From: a plasmid
NCBI RefSeq assembly: GCF_055900595.2
Contig: NZ_JBVWEU010000005.1
Length of the DNA stretch: 40,586 nt
Strand: one strand, 5' to 3'
Shown one piece after another: positions 25,464 through 35,647 of the stretch. Under the pieces are notes generated by a model. The model made no database searches. It was not told where the DNA came from and saw only the letters and a list, made by a program, of their open reading frames with translations. Within the stretch, counting starts at the first letter, position 1. Every line of letters begins with the position of its first letter. A program made the translations under genes and the position numbers.

Positions 25464-28003
25464 ATACCGCAATTCCTGTTTTAGTTGCGCTGATAGGGCT
25501 GATCTTGCTTGGCATGATGCTGGCTTACTATCAGCGTATGGTGAAGGAATATCACCTTAAAAAATATCGCTCAAAGGATGAATCCTTCGCCGACATGCTT
25601 AATTACGCCGCTGTTGTTGATGATGGTGTAATCGTATGTAAGAACGGTTCTTTTATGGCGTCTTTCTTTTTTAAAGGTGCAGACAACGCGAGTGCGACAG
25701 ACCAAGAAAGAGAGCTTGTCTCATTTCGTATTAATAAGGCAATTGGCAGACTCGGCAACGGCTGGATGATGCACGTTGATGCGATTCGCAATCCGGCTCC
25801 GTCATACAGTGACCGAAACGCTTCACACTTTCCTGATCGAGTTTCCGCTGCCGTGGATGAAGAACGTCGCCGCCTGTTTGAAAAGCTGGGGCAACTGTAC
25901 GAAGGCTGCTTTATCGTTACGTTCACCTGGTTTCCACCTGCACTGGCGGAAAGTAAATTCACGGAACTGATGTTTGATGATGAACGCGAAGTTTCTACCG
26001 ATAAAGACACTACGCTGAATCTCATTGAAAAATTTAAACATGAGATCAGCATAATTCAGGCAAACCTTTCGCAGGCTGTTTCGATTGAACGACTGAACGG
26101 CGTGAAAATCGAACAGGAAGACGGCTCCGTTGCAACGATGGATCAGCAGCTGGAGTACCTGCAGTATTGCATTACGGGGCTGCAACATCCTATACGTCTG
26201 CCAAACAATCCTATTTATCTGGATAGCCTCATTGGTGGTCAGGAGTTTATTCCTGGCATCACGCCACGTATCGGGAAAAACTTCATTCAGGTTGTGGCGA
26301 TTGAAGGCTACCCCTCTGAATCTTATCCAGGCATTCTCAGCAAGCTGGCCGAGCAGCCATGTGAATACCGCTGGTCTACGCGCTTTATTTTCCTTGATTC
26401 TCACGAAGCCATATCAAAACTGACGGCATTCCGCAGGAAATGGAAACAGAAAGTACGCGGCTTTATGTCCCAGCTATTCAATACCAATAACGGTTACGTT
26501 GATGAGGACGCCTTGTCCATGGTCAACGATGCATCTTCCGCTATTGCAGAAACTAACTCTGGTTTAGTCAGCCAAGGTTATATAACCAGTGTCATTGTCC
26601 TGATGAATGAGGACCGCCAGAAAGTCGAGGATGCCGCAGAGTTTATGCGCAAGGCTGTTAACAATACTGGCTTCGCTGCGAGAATTGAAACAGTAAATAC
26701 GGTGGATGCCTACTTTGGTTCCTTACCCGGCCACGGTGTTGAAAACGTACGGCGACCGCTGGTAAACACTCTTAACCTTGCCGATCTGATGCCAACCAGC
26801 ACTATCTGGCCGGGCGAAAATAAAGCCCCAAGTCCGCTATTCGAAGTAGGTGCACCGCCATTAACACACTGCGTTACTTCTGGAAACACTCCGTTCAGAC
26901 TTAACCTACATGTTCGTGATCTCGGCCACGCTTTCATGTTTGGGCCAACCCGTGCAGGTAAGTCTACCCACCTGGCGTTAACCGCTATGCAGTGGCGTCG
27001 TTACTCTAATTCGCGAATTTTCACTTTCGACAAAGGACTGTCGATGTTTGCAACCTGCAAGGCTGTAGGTGGAAAACATTTCACGATTGCCGGTGATGAT
27101 AACCAACTGGCGTTTGCACCTTTATCACGCCTTGATACCCCTACTCGCCGCACATGGGCGATGGAATGGATTGAAGCCATTCTGATCCTAAATGGGGTCA
27201 ATGTTGACGCACCTATGCGCAACTCTATAGCTGATGCTATTAAGAGTATGTCTGAGACTCATTCCAAAACCCTGTCTGAATTTACAGTCACGGTACAGAA
27301 CAATGTTATTCGTGAGGCGCTCAAACAATACACCATTGATGGCAACATGGGGCATCTGCTTGATGCAGAGGAAGATGGTCTTGATATTTCTGATTTCATG
27401 ACGTTCGAGATTGAACACCTTATGAACATGGATCAGAAATACGCACTACCTGTGCTGCTCTATCTCTTTCGTCGCATTGAAGAATCTCTGGATGGTAATC
27501 CTACACTCATCATTCTTGATGAGGCTTGGCTCATGCTGGGTCATCCAGAATTCAGGGGAAAAATCCGCGACTGGCTTAAATCCATGGCGAAGAAAAACTG
27601 CGCTGTTCTTATGGCAACTCAGCAGCTTAGTGATGCGGCCAATTCTGGCATTCTTGATGTCATTATTGAGTCAACTGCCTCCAGATTTTTCTTGCCAAAC
27701 GGCAATGCCCTGCAGGAAGAAGCTATGTCTCTGTATATCAATATGGGGCTTAATCGCCGCCAAATTGAAATCATCGCGTCAGCTGTACCAAAACGCGATT
27801 ACTACTATGTATCCGAACAAGGTCGTCGCCTGTATCAGCTTGCACTAGGGCCACTTGCGTTGGCATTTGTAGGAGCCACAGATCCCGATTCAATCGCAAC
27901 AATTAAACAACTGTCTGAAACATACGGTGATGGTTGGGTTGATGAATGGCTACGCACTAAAGGACTGGACTTAAATGATTACGAGTATGAGGTTGCTGCA
28001 TGA
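25460..28003 (+). CDS. trbE: TrbE (VirB4-family ATPase)
   Basis: 847 aa, Walker A GPTRAGKST, start overlaps the trbD stop. Confidence 0.9.
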   Translation: MNTAIPVLVALIGLILLGMMLAYYQRMVKEYHLKKYRSKDESFADMLNYAAVVDDGVIVCKNGSFMASFFFKGADNASATDQERELVSFRINKAIGRLGNGWMMHVDAIRNPAPSYSDRNASHFPDRVSAAVDEERRRLFEKLGQLYEGCFIVTFTWFPPALAESKFTELMFDDEREVSTDKDTTLNLIEKFKHEISIIQANLSQAVSIERLNGVKIEQEDGSVATMDQQLEYLQYCITGLQHPIRLPNNPIYLDSLIGGQEFIPGITPRIGKNFIQVVAIEGYPSESYPGILSKLAEQPCEYRWSTRFIFLDSHEAISKLTAFRRKWKQKVRGFMSQLFNTNNGYVDEDALSMVNDASSAIAETNSGLVSQGYITSVIVLMNEDRQKVEDAAEFMRKAVNNTGFAARIETVNTVDAYFGSLPGHGVENVRRPLVNTLNLADLMPTSTIWPGENKAPSPLFEVGAPPLTHCVTSGNTPFRLNLHVRDLGHAFMFGPTRAGKSTHLALTAMQWRRYSNSRIFTFDKGLSMFATCKAVGGKHFTIAGDDNQLAFAPLSRLDTPTRRTWAMEWIEAILILNGVNVDAPMRNSIADAIKSMSETHSKTLSEFTVTVQNNVIREALKQYTIDGNMGHLLDAEEDGLDISDFMTFEIEHLMNMDQKYALPVLLYLFRRIEESLDGNPTLIILDEAWLMLGHPEFRGKIRDWLKSMAKKNCAVLMATQQLSDAANSGILDVIIESTASRFFLPNGNALQEEAMSLYINMGLNRRQIEIIASAVPKRDYYYVSEQGRRLYQLALGPLALAFVGATDPDSIATIKQLSETYGDGWVDEWLRTKGLDLNDYEYEVAA

Positions 28004-28707
28004 AACTTTTTAACAATAAAAAAACCCCTCAACCTGATAGCCCTAATCCGTATCTCAACGCACGTCGTTCATGGAATATCCATATGGGACATGTGCAGCA
28101 GTTCGGGACGCTGGGTATTTTCATTGGCGTAGCGGGCCTGCTTATTGGTCTGGCTGCTGTGGGGGGAATTACCTATATCGGAAGCCAATCGAAAATCATC
28201 CCGATGGTCTATGAACAGGACAGGGCTGGTAACTATATCAGCCTGACAAGGGCAGACCGCTTGTCTCCAGCCAAAATCGACGACTACCGTACCGCTGTAT
28301 GGAACTTTATCGATAACATAAGAATGGTTACGCCAGATGGCGAACTACAACGTAAAGCCGTATTACGCACCTACGCATTTTTATCCCCGGATGATCCGGC
28401 CACAAAAAAAGCGAATGAATATTTGAATAGTTCGAAAGAACGTAATCCTTTCACCCGAGCAAAAACGGAAATGGTTAGCAATGAGCTAATTTCCGTTCTG
28501 CAGCAAACACCTGACACCTGGCAGGTTGACTGGATTGAGACAACACGTAACCGCGACGGTACGTTAAAAAATCCACCGGTTCGAATGAGAGCACTGGTCA
28601 ATCTTTATCAGAACACTGACTTGAACGCAAATATTAAAGAAAACAATGACGTGATAAACCCACATCGTATTTTCATTAAAGATTTTAACTGGTCAAAACA
28701 ACTGTAA
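28000..28707 (+). CDS. trbF: TrbF (VirB8-like)
   Basis: 235 aa, single N-terminal TM segment, overlapping start. Confidence 0.8.
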   Translation: MKLFNNKKTPQPDSPNPYLNARRSWNIHMGHVQQFGTLGIFIGVAGLLIGLAAVGGITYIGSQSKIIPMVYEQDRAGNYISLTRADRLSPAKIDDYRTAVWNFIDNIRMVTPDGELQRKAVLRTYAFLSPDDPATKKANEYLNSSKERNPFTRAKTEMVSNELISVLQQTPDTWQVDWIETTRNRDGTLKNPPVRMRALVNLYQNTDLNANIKENNDVINPHRIFIKDFNWSKQL

Positions 28708-28722
28708 ATTCGGGGCCGAAAC

Positions 28723-29613
28723 ATGAAAAAGTCAATTATCTCAGCGTTAATTTTGAGCTTACCGCTTCTGGCTAATGCGGCTCCTGGAAGTGATCCGCTG
28801 GCTGATCAATATTTCTCTAATAATGAACCATCCCTCACACCGCAGGAACAAGCCGCCATCGGAATAGGCCAAAAATGGCAGACTGGTGCTGGTAGCGTAA
28901 CCAGTAAACCATTTGCTGGACCAGACGGTGCTATCAGTTACGTATATACAACAGGGCAGACACAAATTGTCTGCGCTGTACTGCAACTGTGTGACATCGC
29001 TTTACAACCCGGAGAAAACGTCAACAACATTGATGTTGGTGATCCACGCGTAACGGTATCTCCTTCAATCACTGGTTCTGGTGCCACACAGCAATTGCAT
29101 CTAATTATAAAGCCACTTGATGTGGGACTTGATACTTCCCTAGTAGTGACAACTGACCGTCGTACATATCGTATGCGTGTTAAAACCAGCCGCACCAAAT
29201 TTATGCCATATGTGTCTTTTACCTACCCGGAAGATGCCAAGGCTAAATGGGATGCAATTCGGACGCGTGAAGCCAAACAATTGCGTGATAACACAATTCC
29301 TCAAACTGGTGAATACCTGGGAAATCTGGATTTCAACTATAAAATAAGCGGTTCTGCCAGTTGGAAACCCGTTCGGGTATATAACGATGGGGTTAAAACC
29401 ATTATCCAATTCCCTAAAACAATTTCTTCTGGCGAAACCCCAATCCTTCTGGTCGTGCGTAAAGAAGGCGGACTGTTCTCTAAAGATGAAACACAAATGG
29501 TTAATCTGCGAACCCAAGGAGATAGAACTATTGTCGATGGTCTTTTTGACAAGGCATATCTGGTTATTGGTGTCGGTTCGAGCCAGGAAAAAGTGACTAT
29601 CACAAGGGGATAA
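28723..29613 (+). CDS. trbG: TrbG (VirB9-like)
   Basis: 296 aa with signal peptide. Confidence 0.8.
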   Translation: MKKSIISALILSLPLLANAAPGSDPLADQYFSNNEPSLTPQEQAAIGIGQKWQTGAGSVTSKPFAGPDGAISYVYTTGQTQIVCAVLQLCDIALQPGENVNNIDVGDPRVTVSPSITGSGATQQLHLIIKPLDVGLDTSLVVTTDRRTYRMRVKTSRTKFMPYVSFTYPEDAKAKWDAIRTREAKQLRDNTIPQTGEYLGNLDFNYKISGSASWKPVRVYNDGVKTIIQFPKTISSGETPILLVVRKEGGLFSKDETQMVNLRTQGDRTIVDGLFDKAYLVIGVGSSQEKVTITRG

Positions 29614-29615
29614 TA

Positions 29616-30059
29616 ATGAAAGCAGCAATGAAATTAACCTCCGTTATGGTGCTAATCGCAAGCCTGTTAACGACTGGCTGTGTATCTTCGAGTTATGGAA
29701 ACTATTCGAATGCTAACATGTTTGCCTCTGCAAGCATGGCTGATAACACCGTTGTTAATCTGGCAACGCTGTATCCTCCTGGACGTACAACATTCACGAT
29801 GAAACAACCTGCTAAAGATCCTTTCGGTTCAGCACTTGTTCAGCGTTTGCGTTCACGCGGTTATGCTGTCATCGAGTTCACGAAAGACGGCAAACCTCAG
29901 AGCACCTCAGGGACACCTCTTGGTTATGTTGTGAACACTATCGTTCCCAATCTCTACCAAGTCACAGCATTTGTGGGCGACGTCAAATTAAGCCGGGGAT
30001 TCGTTTTGGCAACAGACGGCAAGGCATACCCGGCTGGCCCATGGACTCGCGAGGAATAA
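29616..30059 (+). CDS. trbH: TrbH lipoprotein (VirB7-like)
   Basis: 147 aa, lipobox LLTTGC. Confidence 0.7.
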   Translation: MKAAMKLTSVMVLIASLLTTGCVSSSYGNYSNANMFASASMADNTVVNLATLYPPGRTTFTMKQPAKDPFGSALVQRLRSRGYAVIEFTKDGKPQSTSGTPLGYVVNTIVPNLYQVTAFVGDVKLSRGFVLATDGKAYPAGPWTREE

Positions 30060-30062
30060 AAG

Positions 30063-31457
30063 ATGGCAGAACAAGATAAAATGTCCCCCGACGCGTCTCC
30101 TGGCGTCGCAAACAAAACTGGTGTACGCCGCGTTAATAAAAGACCAATGTACATTGCTATTGGTGGCTTCGCTTTATTCTGCATTCTCGTGGCGTACATT
30201 GCCAATAAACGAGCCAACCAAGGCATGTCAAATACGGCAGAAACAACTATTCAGCGTGGGAGCAGCCGAGATACCTCGGCAATGGCAATGGACGTTATGG
30301 GAGGAAGTACCTCCGGCATTATTGAAGCCCCAACAGCACCGTCAGAAATTCCGACACAGGATAATAAAACCCAACAGAGCACGAATTATACATCGGTCCC
30401 CATTGTTCCAGTAGCTGATCCAGATCAGCCCCCCGTTCCGCCACAATCGGTAACGTCACGGTCAAACGATCCAGAAGCAGACCAGATTCGCCGCAATAAA
30501 ATGCGTGATTTTATTGAAGCTGTAAAAGCAAAAACAGAAGTCAATTTGCCTAACCAACTAGGACGCTCGAGTACTACAGGTAATACACCACAAACCCGCG
30601 ATGAAATGCTGCAAGAAATTGCTAACGTTCGCCGTCAGATGGAACAGAACAACGCTGGCGATGCAACTGCAAGTTACGACGCTCAGGTTCAGAGAATCCG
30701 GGCTTCAATGAATGGCGTCACAGATAGCAATAGCGATACAGGTATGCAATTGGCATCAGTGGGTGGCGTATCCGTTTCTCATAATGACATCAACCAGTTC
30801 GGTAAGAAAGGGCAGGGTGACAGGTGGTTACTGGATGAACAAATTTCAGCACCACATAGCCAATACGAACTTCGTGCAGGTTGGGTCATTCCTGGCGTCA
30901 TGATTAGTGGCATTAACTCGGATCTTCCAGGGCAGATTATTGGTCAGGTTGCTCAGGACGTTTATGACTCAGCAACAGGCAAATACCTTCTTATTCCTCA
31001 TGGAACTCGTGTGATAGGTACATATTCAAGTGATATTACCTATGGTCAGGAAGGGGTCATGATTGCCTGGCAACGTCTAGTGTTCCCAGATGGAAAAGCT
31101 CTTGATTTAGGTTCCATGCCGGGAGCAGACATGGCCGGTTACTCTGGTTTCCGAGATCAGGTTAATAACCATTACTTCCGCATTTTTGGCAATGCCTTAC
31201 TGCTATCTGGTATCACCGCGACAATTGCTTATTCTCAGGATCGTAACCAAAACAATAACAACTCGAATCAAGCTCCGAACATGAGCAGTGAAATGAGTGC
31301 AGCGCTGGGTCAGGTATTCGGCCAAGCTATTGCACAGGTTGTACAAAAAAACCTGAATATCTCACCTACGCTCGAAATTCGACCGGGTTATCGCTTCAAT
31401 ATAATGGTTACTAAAGACTTAGCATTCACAAAACCTTACCAAGCCTTTGATTACTAA
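30063..31457 (+). CDS. trbI: TrbI (VirB10-like)
   Basis: 464 aa, N-terminal TM segment, Pro-rich linker, conserved C-terminal domain. Confidence 0.85.
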   Translation: MAEQDKMSPDASPGVANKTGVRRVNKRPMYIAIGGFALFCILVAYIANKRANQGMSNTAETTIQRGSSRDTSAMAMDVMGGSTSGIIEAPTAPSEIPTQDNKTQQSTNYTSVPIVPVADPDQPPVPPQSVTSRSNDPEADQIRRNKMRDFIEAVKAKTEVNLPNQLGRSSTTGNTPQTRDEMLQEIANVRRQMEQNNAGDATASYDAQVQRIRASMNGVTDSNSDTGMQLASVGGVSVSHNDINQFGKKGQGDRWLLDEQISAPHSQYELRAGWVIPGVMISGINSDLPGQIIGQVAQDVYDSATGKYLLIPHGTRVIGTYSSDITYGQEGVMIAWQRLVFPDGKALDLGSMPGADMAGYSGFRDQVNNHYFRIFGNALLLSGITATIAYSQDRNQNNNNSNQAPNMSSEMSAALGQVFGQAIAQVVQKNLNISPTLEIRPGYRFNIMVTKDLAFTKPYQAFDY

Positions 31458-31469
31458 TAGGGGAAGACG

Positions 31470-32240
31470 ATGAATACACGTTTCGTTTTAGCCGCTAAAA
31501 AAGCGTTACTAGCTTCCTTCGTGGCGTCAATCATGGCCCTACCTGCGAAAGCTGGTATTCCTGTTATTGATGCTACTAATGTGGTGCAGACCACAATCAG
31601 CGCTGTCAATAACGTTCAGGCTGTGGCTAAACAGATCCAACAGTATCAGACGCAGTTGCAACAATATGAAAACATGCTGAGAAACACAGTCGCACCTGCG
31701 GCCTATATATGGGATCAGGCCAATTCAACTATCAACAAATTATTGCAGGCACAGGACACTCTTAATTACTACAAAAATCAGGCCGGGAGTCTTGACTCAT
31801 ATCTAAAACGTTATCAGGACATTAATTACTACCGTTCATCGCCATGCTTTAACAGTAATGTTGAATGCACTGCAGATGAAATTAGCGCACTACGTAAAGC
31901 TGAACAAAATAACTCTGAGGCTCGTAAAAAGGCCAATGACGCTGTTTTTAAGGTTCTCGATGAACAGCAAGAAACACTGCAAAGAGATGCAGATAACCTT
32001 GCTGACTTACAAACTCAAGTAACTGGAGCACAGGGGCAAATGGAAGCTATTCAGGCCGCTAACCAGCTTGCCAGTGCGCAAACAAACCAGTTACTGCAAA
32101 TCCGCTCGCTTCTAGTTGCCCAGCAAAACGCTGCAACTACACTGGCGCAGGCTCAGGCCGATAAAGAGGCCCAGCAAGCGGCTGCATCAGAAACTTTTAG
32201 GGCAGGGACTTATACCAAAAGCCCCGCTCAATCTTGGTAA
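31470..32240 (+). CDS. trbJ: TrbJ (VirB5-like)
   Basis: 256 aa, signal peptide, coiled-coil; codons 5-10 carry a KorB operator. Confidence 0.8.
   Translation: MNTRFVLAAKKALLASFVASIMALPAKAGIPVIDATNVVQTTISAVNNVQAVAKQIQQYQTQLQQYENMLRNTVAPAAYIWDQANSTINKLLQAQDTLNYYKNQAGSLDSYLKRYQDINYYRSSPCFNSNVECTADEISALRKAEQNNSEARKKANDAVFKVLDEQQETLQRDADNLADLQTQVTGAQGQMEAIQAANQLASAQTNQLLQIRSLLVAQQNAATTLAQAQADKEAQQAAASETFRAGTYTKSPAQSW
31487..31499. promoter_or_regulatory. KorB operator (OB) TTTAGCCGCTAAA inside the trbJ coding sequence
   Basis: Perfect 13-bp palindrome encoding part of the TrbJ signal peptide (FVLAAKK). Confidence 0.7.
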
Positions 32241-32252
32241 GGTGGTACTCCT

Positions 32253-32426
32253 ATGAAATATATCATTCCTCTCATTCTGTCGGCGTTTTTTATCACTGCT
32301 TGCGACCCAAAAACCGATCCCAACCAGGTTGATTGCAATAAGTCAGTATCAAAGATGACTGACCAGGAAAAAACGCAATGTGGTAAATCAGGCGAATTTA
32401 CAAAAAGCCCCGAAAAGAAATGGTGA
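32253..32426 (+). CDS. trbK: TrbK-like small lipoprotein (candidate entry-exclusion protein); below the ORF-track size cutoff
   Basis: Hand-translated 57-aa ORF MKYIIPLILSAFFITACDPKTD... with lipobox FITAC, between trbJ and trbL as in RP4. Confidence 0.55.
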   Translation: MKYIIPLILSAFFITACDPKTDPNQVDCNKSVSKMTDQEKTQCGKSGEFTKSPEKKW

Positions 32427-32430
32427 CAGA

Positions 32431-33975
32431 ATGAAATTCAGGCATCTAATTTATCCTTGCTTATCTGTGTTGCTGATATTAATCAGCACACAGGCACAGG
32501 CTGCGCCATTAGATAGTGCTGGGTTACTTGATGATATCCTTAAGCGCTTTGCAAATGTTGCCAGCACCTGGGCTGGAACCATACAAAATTACGCGACCTG
32601 GATATTTTGGTCATTAGCGGTAATTTCAATGGTATGGACATTCGCAATGATGGCAATGCAGGGCGAAGGATTATCGGCAGCTCTTGCGGAAGTAGTTCGT
32701 TTTTTTGCTGTGTTAGGTTTTTTCTTCTATCTGCTAAAAAACGGCCCGGCAATATCGGTAGATATTCAGGATTCATTACGTCAACTCGCGGCTAATGCTT
32801 CTGGTTTATCAAAATCATTCTCGCCTTCGGGCATTGTAGATATAGGGTTTGATATCGTATCAAGAGTCGTTGACCAGTCTTCTATTTGGTCCCCGGCAGA
32901 CTCCACTGTCGGCTTGATTTTAGCCGGAGTTATTCTATGCGTATTAGCACTTGTCGGTGTGAATATGCTTCTTCTGCTGATTACCGGCTGGATTTTAAGT
33001 TACGGCGGTATTTTCTTACTCGGTTTTGGGGGGTCTCGTTGGACTTCCGATATTGCCATTACATACTTCAAAACAGTTCTAGGAATTGCCCTGCAGCTGT
33101 TCACAATGGTTCTAATTGTTGGTATTGGAAAATCCTTCATAGACCAGTATTACCAGGCAATGGGCGATGACGCAGTACAAATGAAATCTATGTTTGTAAT
33201 GCTTGTAGCCTCAATTGTTCTTTTGGTTCTTGTTAATAAAGTTCCTCCTATGGTTGGCAGTATTGTAGGCGGTGCTTCAATGCAAGGCATTGGTGGCTTT
33301 GGTGCCGGTGCAATTATTGGGGCTGCAGCTGCAGCAGGAGCCGCAATAGCAGCAGCTGGCGCTGCTGCGGCAGCAGGTGCTGCAAATGCTGCCGGAGGTG
33401 CATCAGCACTTAAAGCGGCATTTGAATCGGCACAAGCAGCGATGGCCGAAGAGTCTAGTACTGGTAGTAAAGGCGGTTCAGGTGGAGGATTTGGCAGTGG
33501 GGAGGATACCGGTTCTGTAGATACTTCTGGAGGACAACCATCAGGCGGTTCCGGTGGTTCGTCTGCAGAGAACAGTACAGGTAGTTCCAGTGGAGGAAGC
33601 CAGGGCTTTGCTTCATCATTCTCACGAGCTGGCCGCATGGCTTCGCATATGGCGAATAGTTTGGCTAACGGCCTGGCTGCACGCAATGCAGCCAAGCATG
33701 ACTCAAAAGTCAGAGCGGCAAGAGACATCATTGCACAAACTCCAGGTGGAAAGCTCGCTTCTCAAATCCGTTCGCAAACTGTTGAACGTCAATCGAACAA
33801 CACAGAAGAATCTTTTGGCTACGGGAGCATAACAACAAGTAACAAGTTCAACGGCGACAGTCTTGGAGGGGAGGAGCAAACAACGACTCAAACAGAAAAT
33901 ACTGGTTCTATAGATACACAAACATCACAAAGTGGTGATGAATACGAACAATTTAAAAACAAGTCAAAGTTCTGA
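32431..33975 (+). CDS. trbL: TrbL (VirB6-like) with Gly/Ala/Ser-rich C-terminal tail
   Basis: Track ORF 32380..33975; start moved to the internal ATG at 32431 (MKFRHLIYPCLSVLL..., signal-like) to avoid overlap with trbK. Multiple TM segments. Confidence 0.8.
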   Translation: MKFRHLIYPCLSVLLILISTQAQAAPLDSAGLLDDILKRFANVASTWAGTIQNYATWIFWSLAVISMVWTFAMMAMQGEGLSAALAEVVRFFAVLGFFFYLLKNGPAISVDIQDSLRQLAANASGLSKSFSPSGIVDIGFDIVSRVVDQSSIWSPADSTVGLILAGVILCVLALVGVNMLLLLITGWILSYGGIFLLGFGGSRWTSDIAITYFKTVLGIALQLFTMVLIVGIGKSFIDQYYQAMGDDAVQMKSMFVMLVASIVLLVLVNKVPPMVGSIVGGASMQGIGGFGAGAIIGAAAAAGAAIAAAGAAAAAGAANAAGGASALKAAFESAQAAMAEESSTGSKGGSGGGFGSGEDTGSVDTSGGQPSGGSGGSSAENSTGSSSGGSQGFASSFSRAGRMASHMANSLANGLAARNAAKHDSKVRAARDIIAQTPGGKLASQIRSQTVERQSNNTEESFGYGSITTSNKFNGDSLGGEEQTTTQTENTGSIDTQTSQSGDEYEQFKNKSKF

Positions 33976-33985
33976 GGCTATTAAT

Positions 33986-34294
33986 ATGAAAAAATATCTA
34001 TCAGTTACATTGATGGCATTATCTATTAGTATTTACAGCATTCCAACAAAGGCGGCAGATCCATGCCAACCCGTATTATGCATGTGGGGATTGGTTGCCA
34101 CAGGTAGTGTCCAGGATGGTTGTTCGGGGAGTGTGAACAACTATTTCAGTCAAATCAGCTTCAAGCATGGAAAATTCAGCGCAAGTCGAACAGAGAAAAA
34201 AAGAAGAGGATGGCTAACTAATAATTGTCCATCAGCTTCACCTGCTTACGTAGATAAAATACAGAATAAATTTGGTCGTCTACGCTTTTTTTGA
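33986..34294 (+). CDS. small secreted Cys-containing protein (TrbM position)
   Basis: Track ORF 33932..34294; the internal ATG at 33986 starts a signal peptide MKKYLSVTLMALSISIYSIPTKA. Confidence 0.5.
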   Translation: MKKYLSVTLMALSISIYSIPTKAADPCQPVLCMWGLVATGSVQDGCSGSVNNYFSQISFKHGKFSASRTEKKRRGWLTNNCPSASPAYVDKIQNKFGRLRFF

Positions 34295-34309
34295 CAAAAG
34301 GGAAATAAT

Positions 34310-35083
34310 ATGCCGTATTTAGATATTCCACCGGCTCAGGTTGAACGTGTAGTTTGCTCAATTACTGCAGCGATAAAATATCAGGTTCCGGCTAACATCA
34401 TGTTAGCCATAGCTGAAAAAGAGGGTGGTCGTCCCGGACTTGAGAATAAAAACCGTAACTCAAACGGCACATATGATATAGGCCGTATGCAGTTTAATAC
34501 GGTTTATTTAAAGGATCTGGAAAAATACGGCATTACAGAAGAAGATGTAGCACAGCCAGGCTGTTATTCGTATGATTTGGCTGCGTGGCGTATACGCGGC
34601 CATATCAAAAATGATAAGGGAGATATCTGGACAAAAGCAGCAAATTATCATTCAAAAACGCCTCAATTTAACAAGGTATATCGTGCTGACCTGATCAGAA
34701 AAGCAGCTAAATGGCAGACCTGGATTGAAGCTCGCTTTAATACATTTGACACAACGAAACCTGCAGGAACGACTACTCCACTGCCTCAACAGGCGACGGT
34801 TGGAGTTACGCCAGAAGAAAGAGCAGGGAAAAACATTACACTGGTTACTAACCTTGCACAAAGCGACACACTCGCTACAGAACCGCCCAAAAATGACGGA
34901 ACAACAGTAACACCGACTACACCGAATCAACTTATTGGTTTTTCCGCTTCTGTAAAACAAATACCGGTTGAAAGCGTCGTAAAAGCTGACTATCAGCAGC
35001 CCACACAGCAACTACCGGGTCGTTATAACAAGGCTGCAGCTGATGCACTGGCTGCAGTATATGGAAATATCAAACTACGTTGA
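34310..35083 (+). CDS. trbN: lytic transglycosylase (TrbN/VirB1-like)
   Basis: 257 aa; transglycosylase-like segment AIAEKEGG...YDIGRMQFN; last gene of the trb block. Confidence 0.7.
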   Translation: MPYLDIPPAQVERVVCSITAAIKYQVPANIMLAIAEKEGGRPGLENKNRNSNGTYDIGRMQFNTVYLKDLEKYGITEEDVAQPGCYSYDLAAWRIRGHIKNDKGDIWTKAANYHSKTPQFNKVYRADLIRKAAKWQTWIEARFNTFDTTKPAGTTTPLPQQATVGVTPEERAGKNITLVTNLAQSDTLATEPPKNDGTTVTPTTPNQLIGFSASVKQIPVESVVKADYQQPTQQLPGRYNKAAADALAAVYGNIKLR

Positions 35084-35247
35084 TTTTTGCGTCTAGCGTC
35101 TAAAACATGCTAATGCTGGTCGTGTCGTTATGCCTCTTTTTTGCTTTGTTCTGGCGTATTAAGGGCGGGGAGGGACCATTCCTCACCCTTTAATAAAAGA
35201 AGTTAGAAACCAAAACATTTATACGTTTGTTATGCATTATTAAATAA

Positions 35248-35616
35248 TTAGGGCTTTTTTTTCAAAGTCGAAAGTGCGTAAACTATTCTTGATATAGATA
35301 ATATATCTTTTTTATCTAAACTGGATATATTCCAGACGATGAAATTATGAGCCTTAACAACTTCGTCATTTTGCTCATCATTTTTTAGCATTGCATCTTC
35401 CTTTATATTAACAATATCTCCATGTGCCAATTCATTTAAATCAACGCCTGTCACCATCGCAATTTTAATAATATCACTGAACTTAGGTTCAGTTTTACCG
35501 GACGCTATCCTGACCAGCGTACTCACGCTAATGCCAGTCTTCTCGGCCAGTTCTTCATAAGTCGAGTTTTCCAGAATTACATTCTTGATTCTTTCCGCTC
35601 TAATTTCTTTGCTCAT
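35248..35616 (-). CDS. XRE-family HTH protein
   Basis: 122 aa, HTH LAEKTGISVSTLVRIASGK; low-GC gene downstream of the recombinase. Confidence 0.55.
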   Translation of the reverse strand: MSKEIRAERIKNVILENSTYEELAEKTGISVSTLVRIASGKTEPKFSDIIKIAMVTGVDLNELAHGDIVNIKEDAMLKNDEQNDEVVKAHNFIVWNISSLDKKDILSISRIVYALSTLKKKP

Positions 35617-35647
35617 TTAATCTCTACCTTATATTATTTAAATTTAA

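Noticed and set aside
25603-26404. Minus-strand ORFs 25603..26052 and 25823..26404 inside trbE
   Set aside because: Antisense to a well-supported VirB4-family ATPase gene; no SD checked and no motifs; treated as spurious.
33290-33620. Possible repeat array or CRISPR-like periodicity in GC-rich DNA
   Set aside because: The repetition is codon-level (GCA/GCT/GGT runs encoding Ala/Gly/Ser) inside trbL, with no spacer-repeat structure.
33150-33731. Minus-strand 193-aa Ala/Pro-rich ORF
   Set aside because: Antisense to the Gly/Ala/Ser-rich low-complexity tail of trbL; GC-rich repetitive codons give an open frame on the opposite strand by chance.
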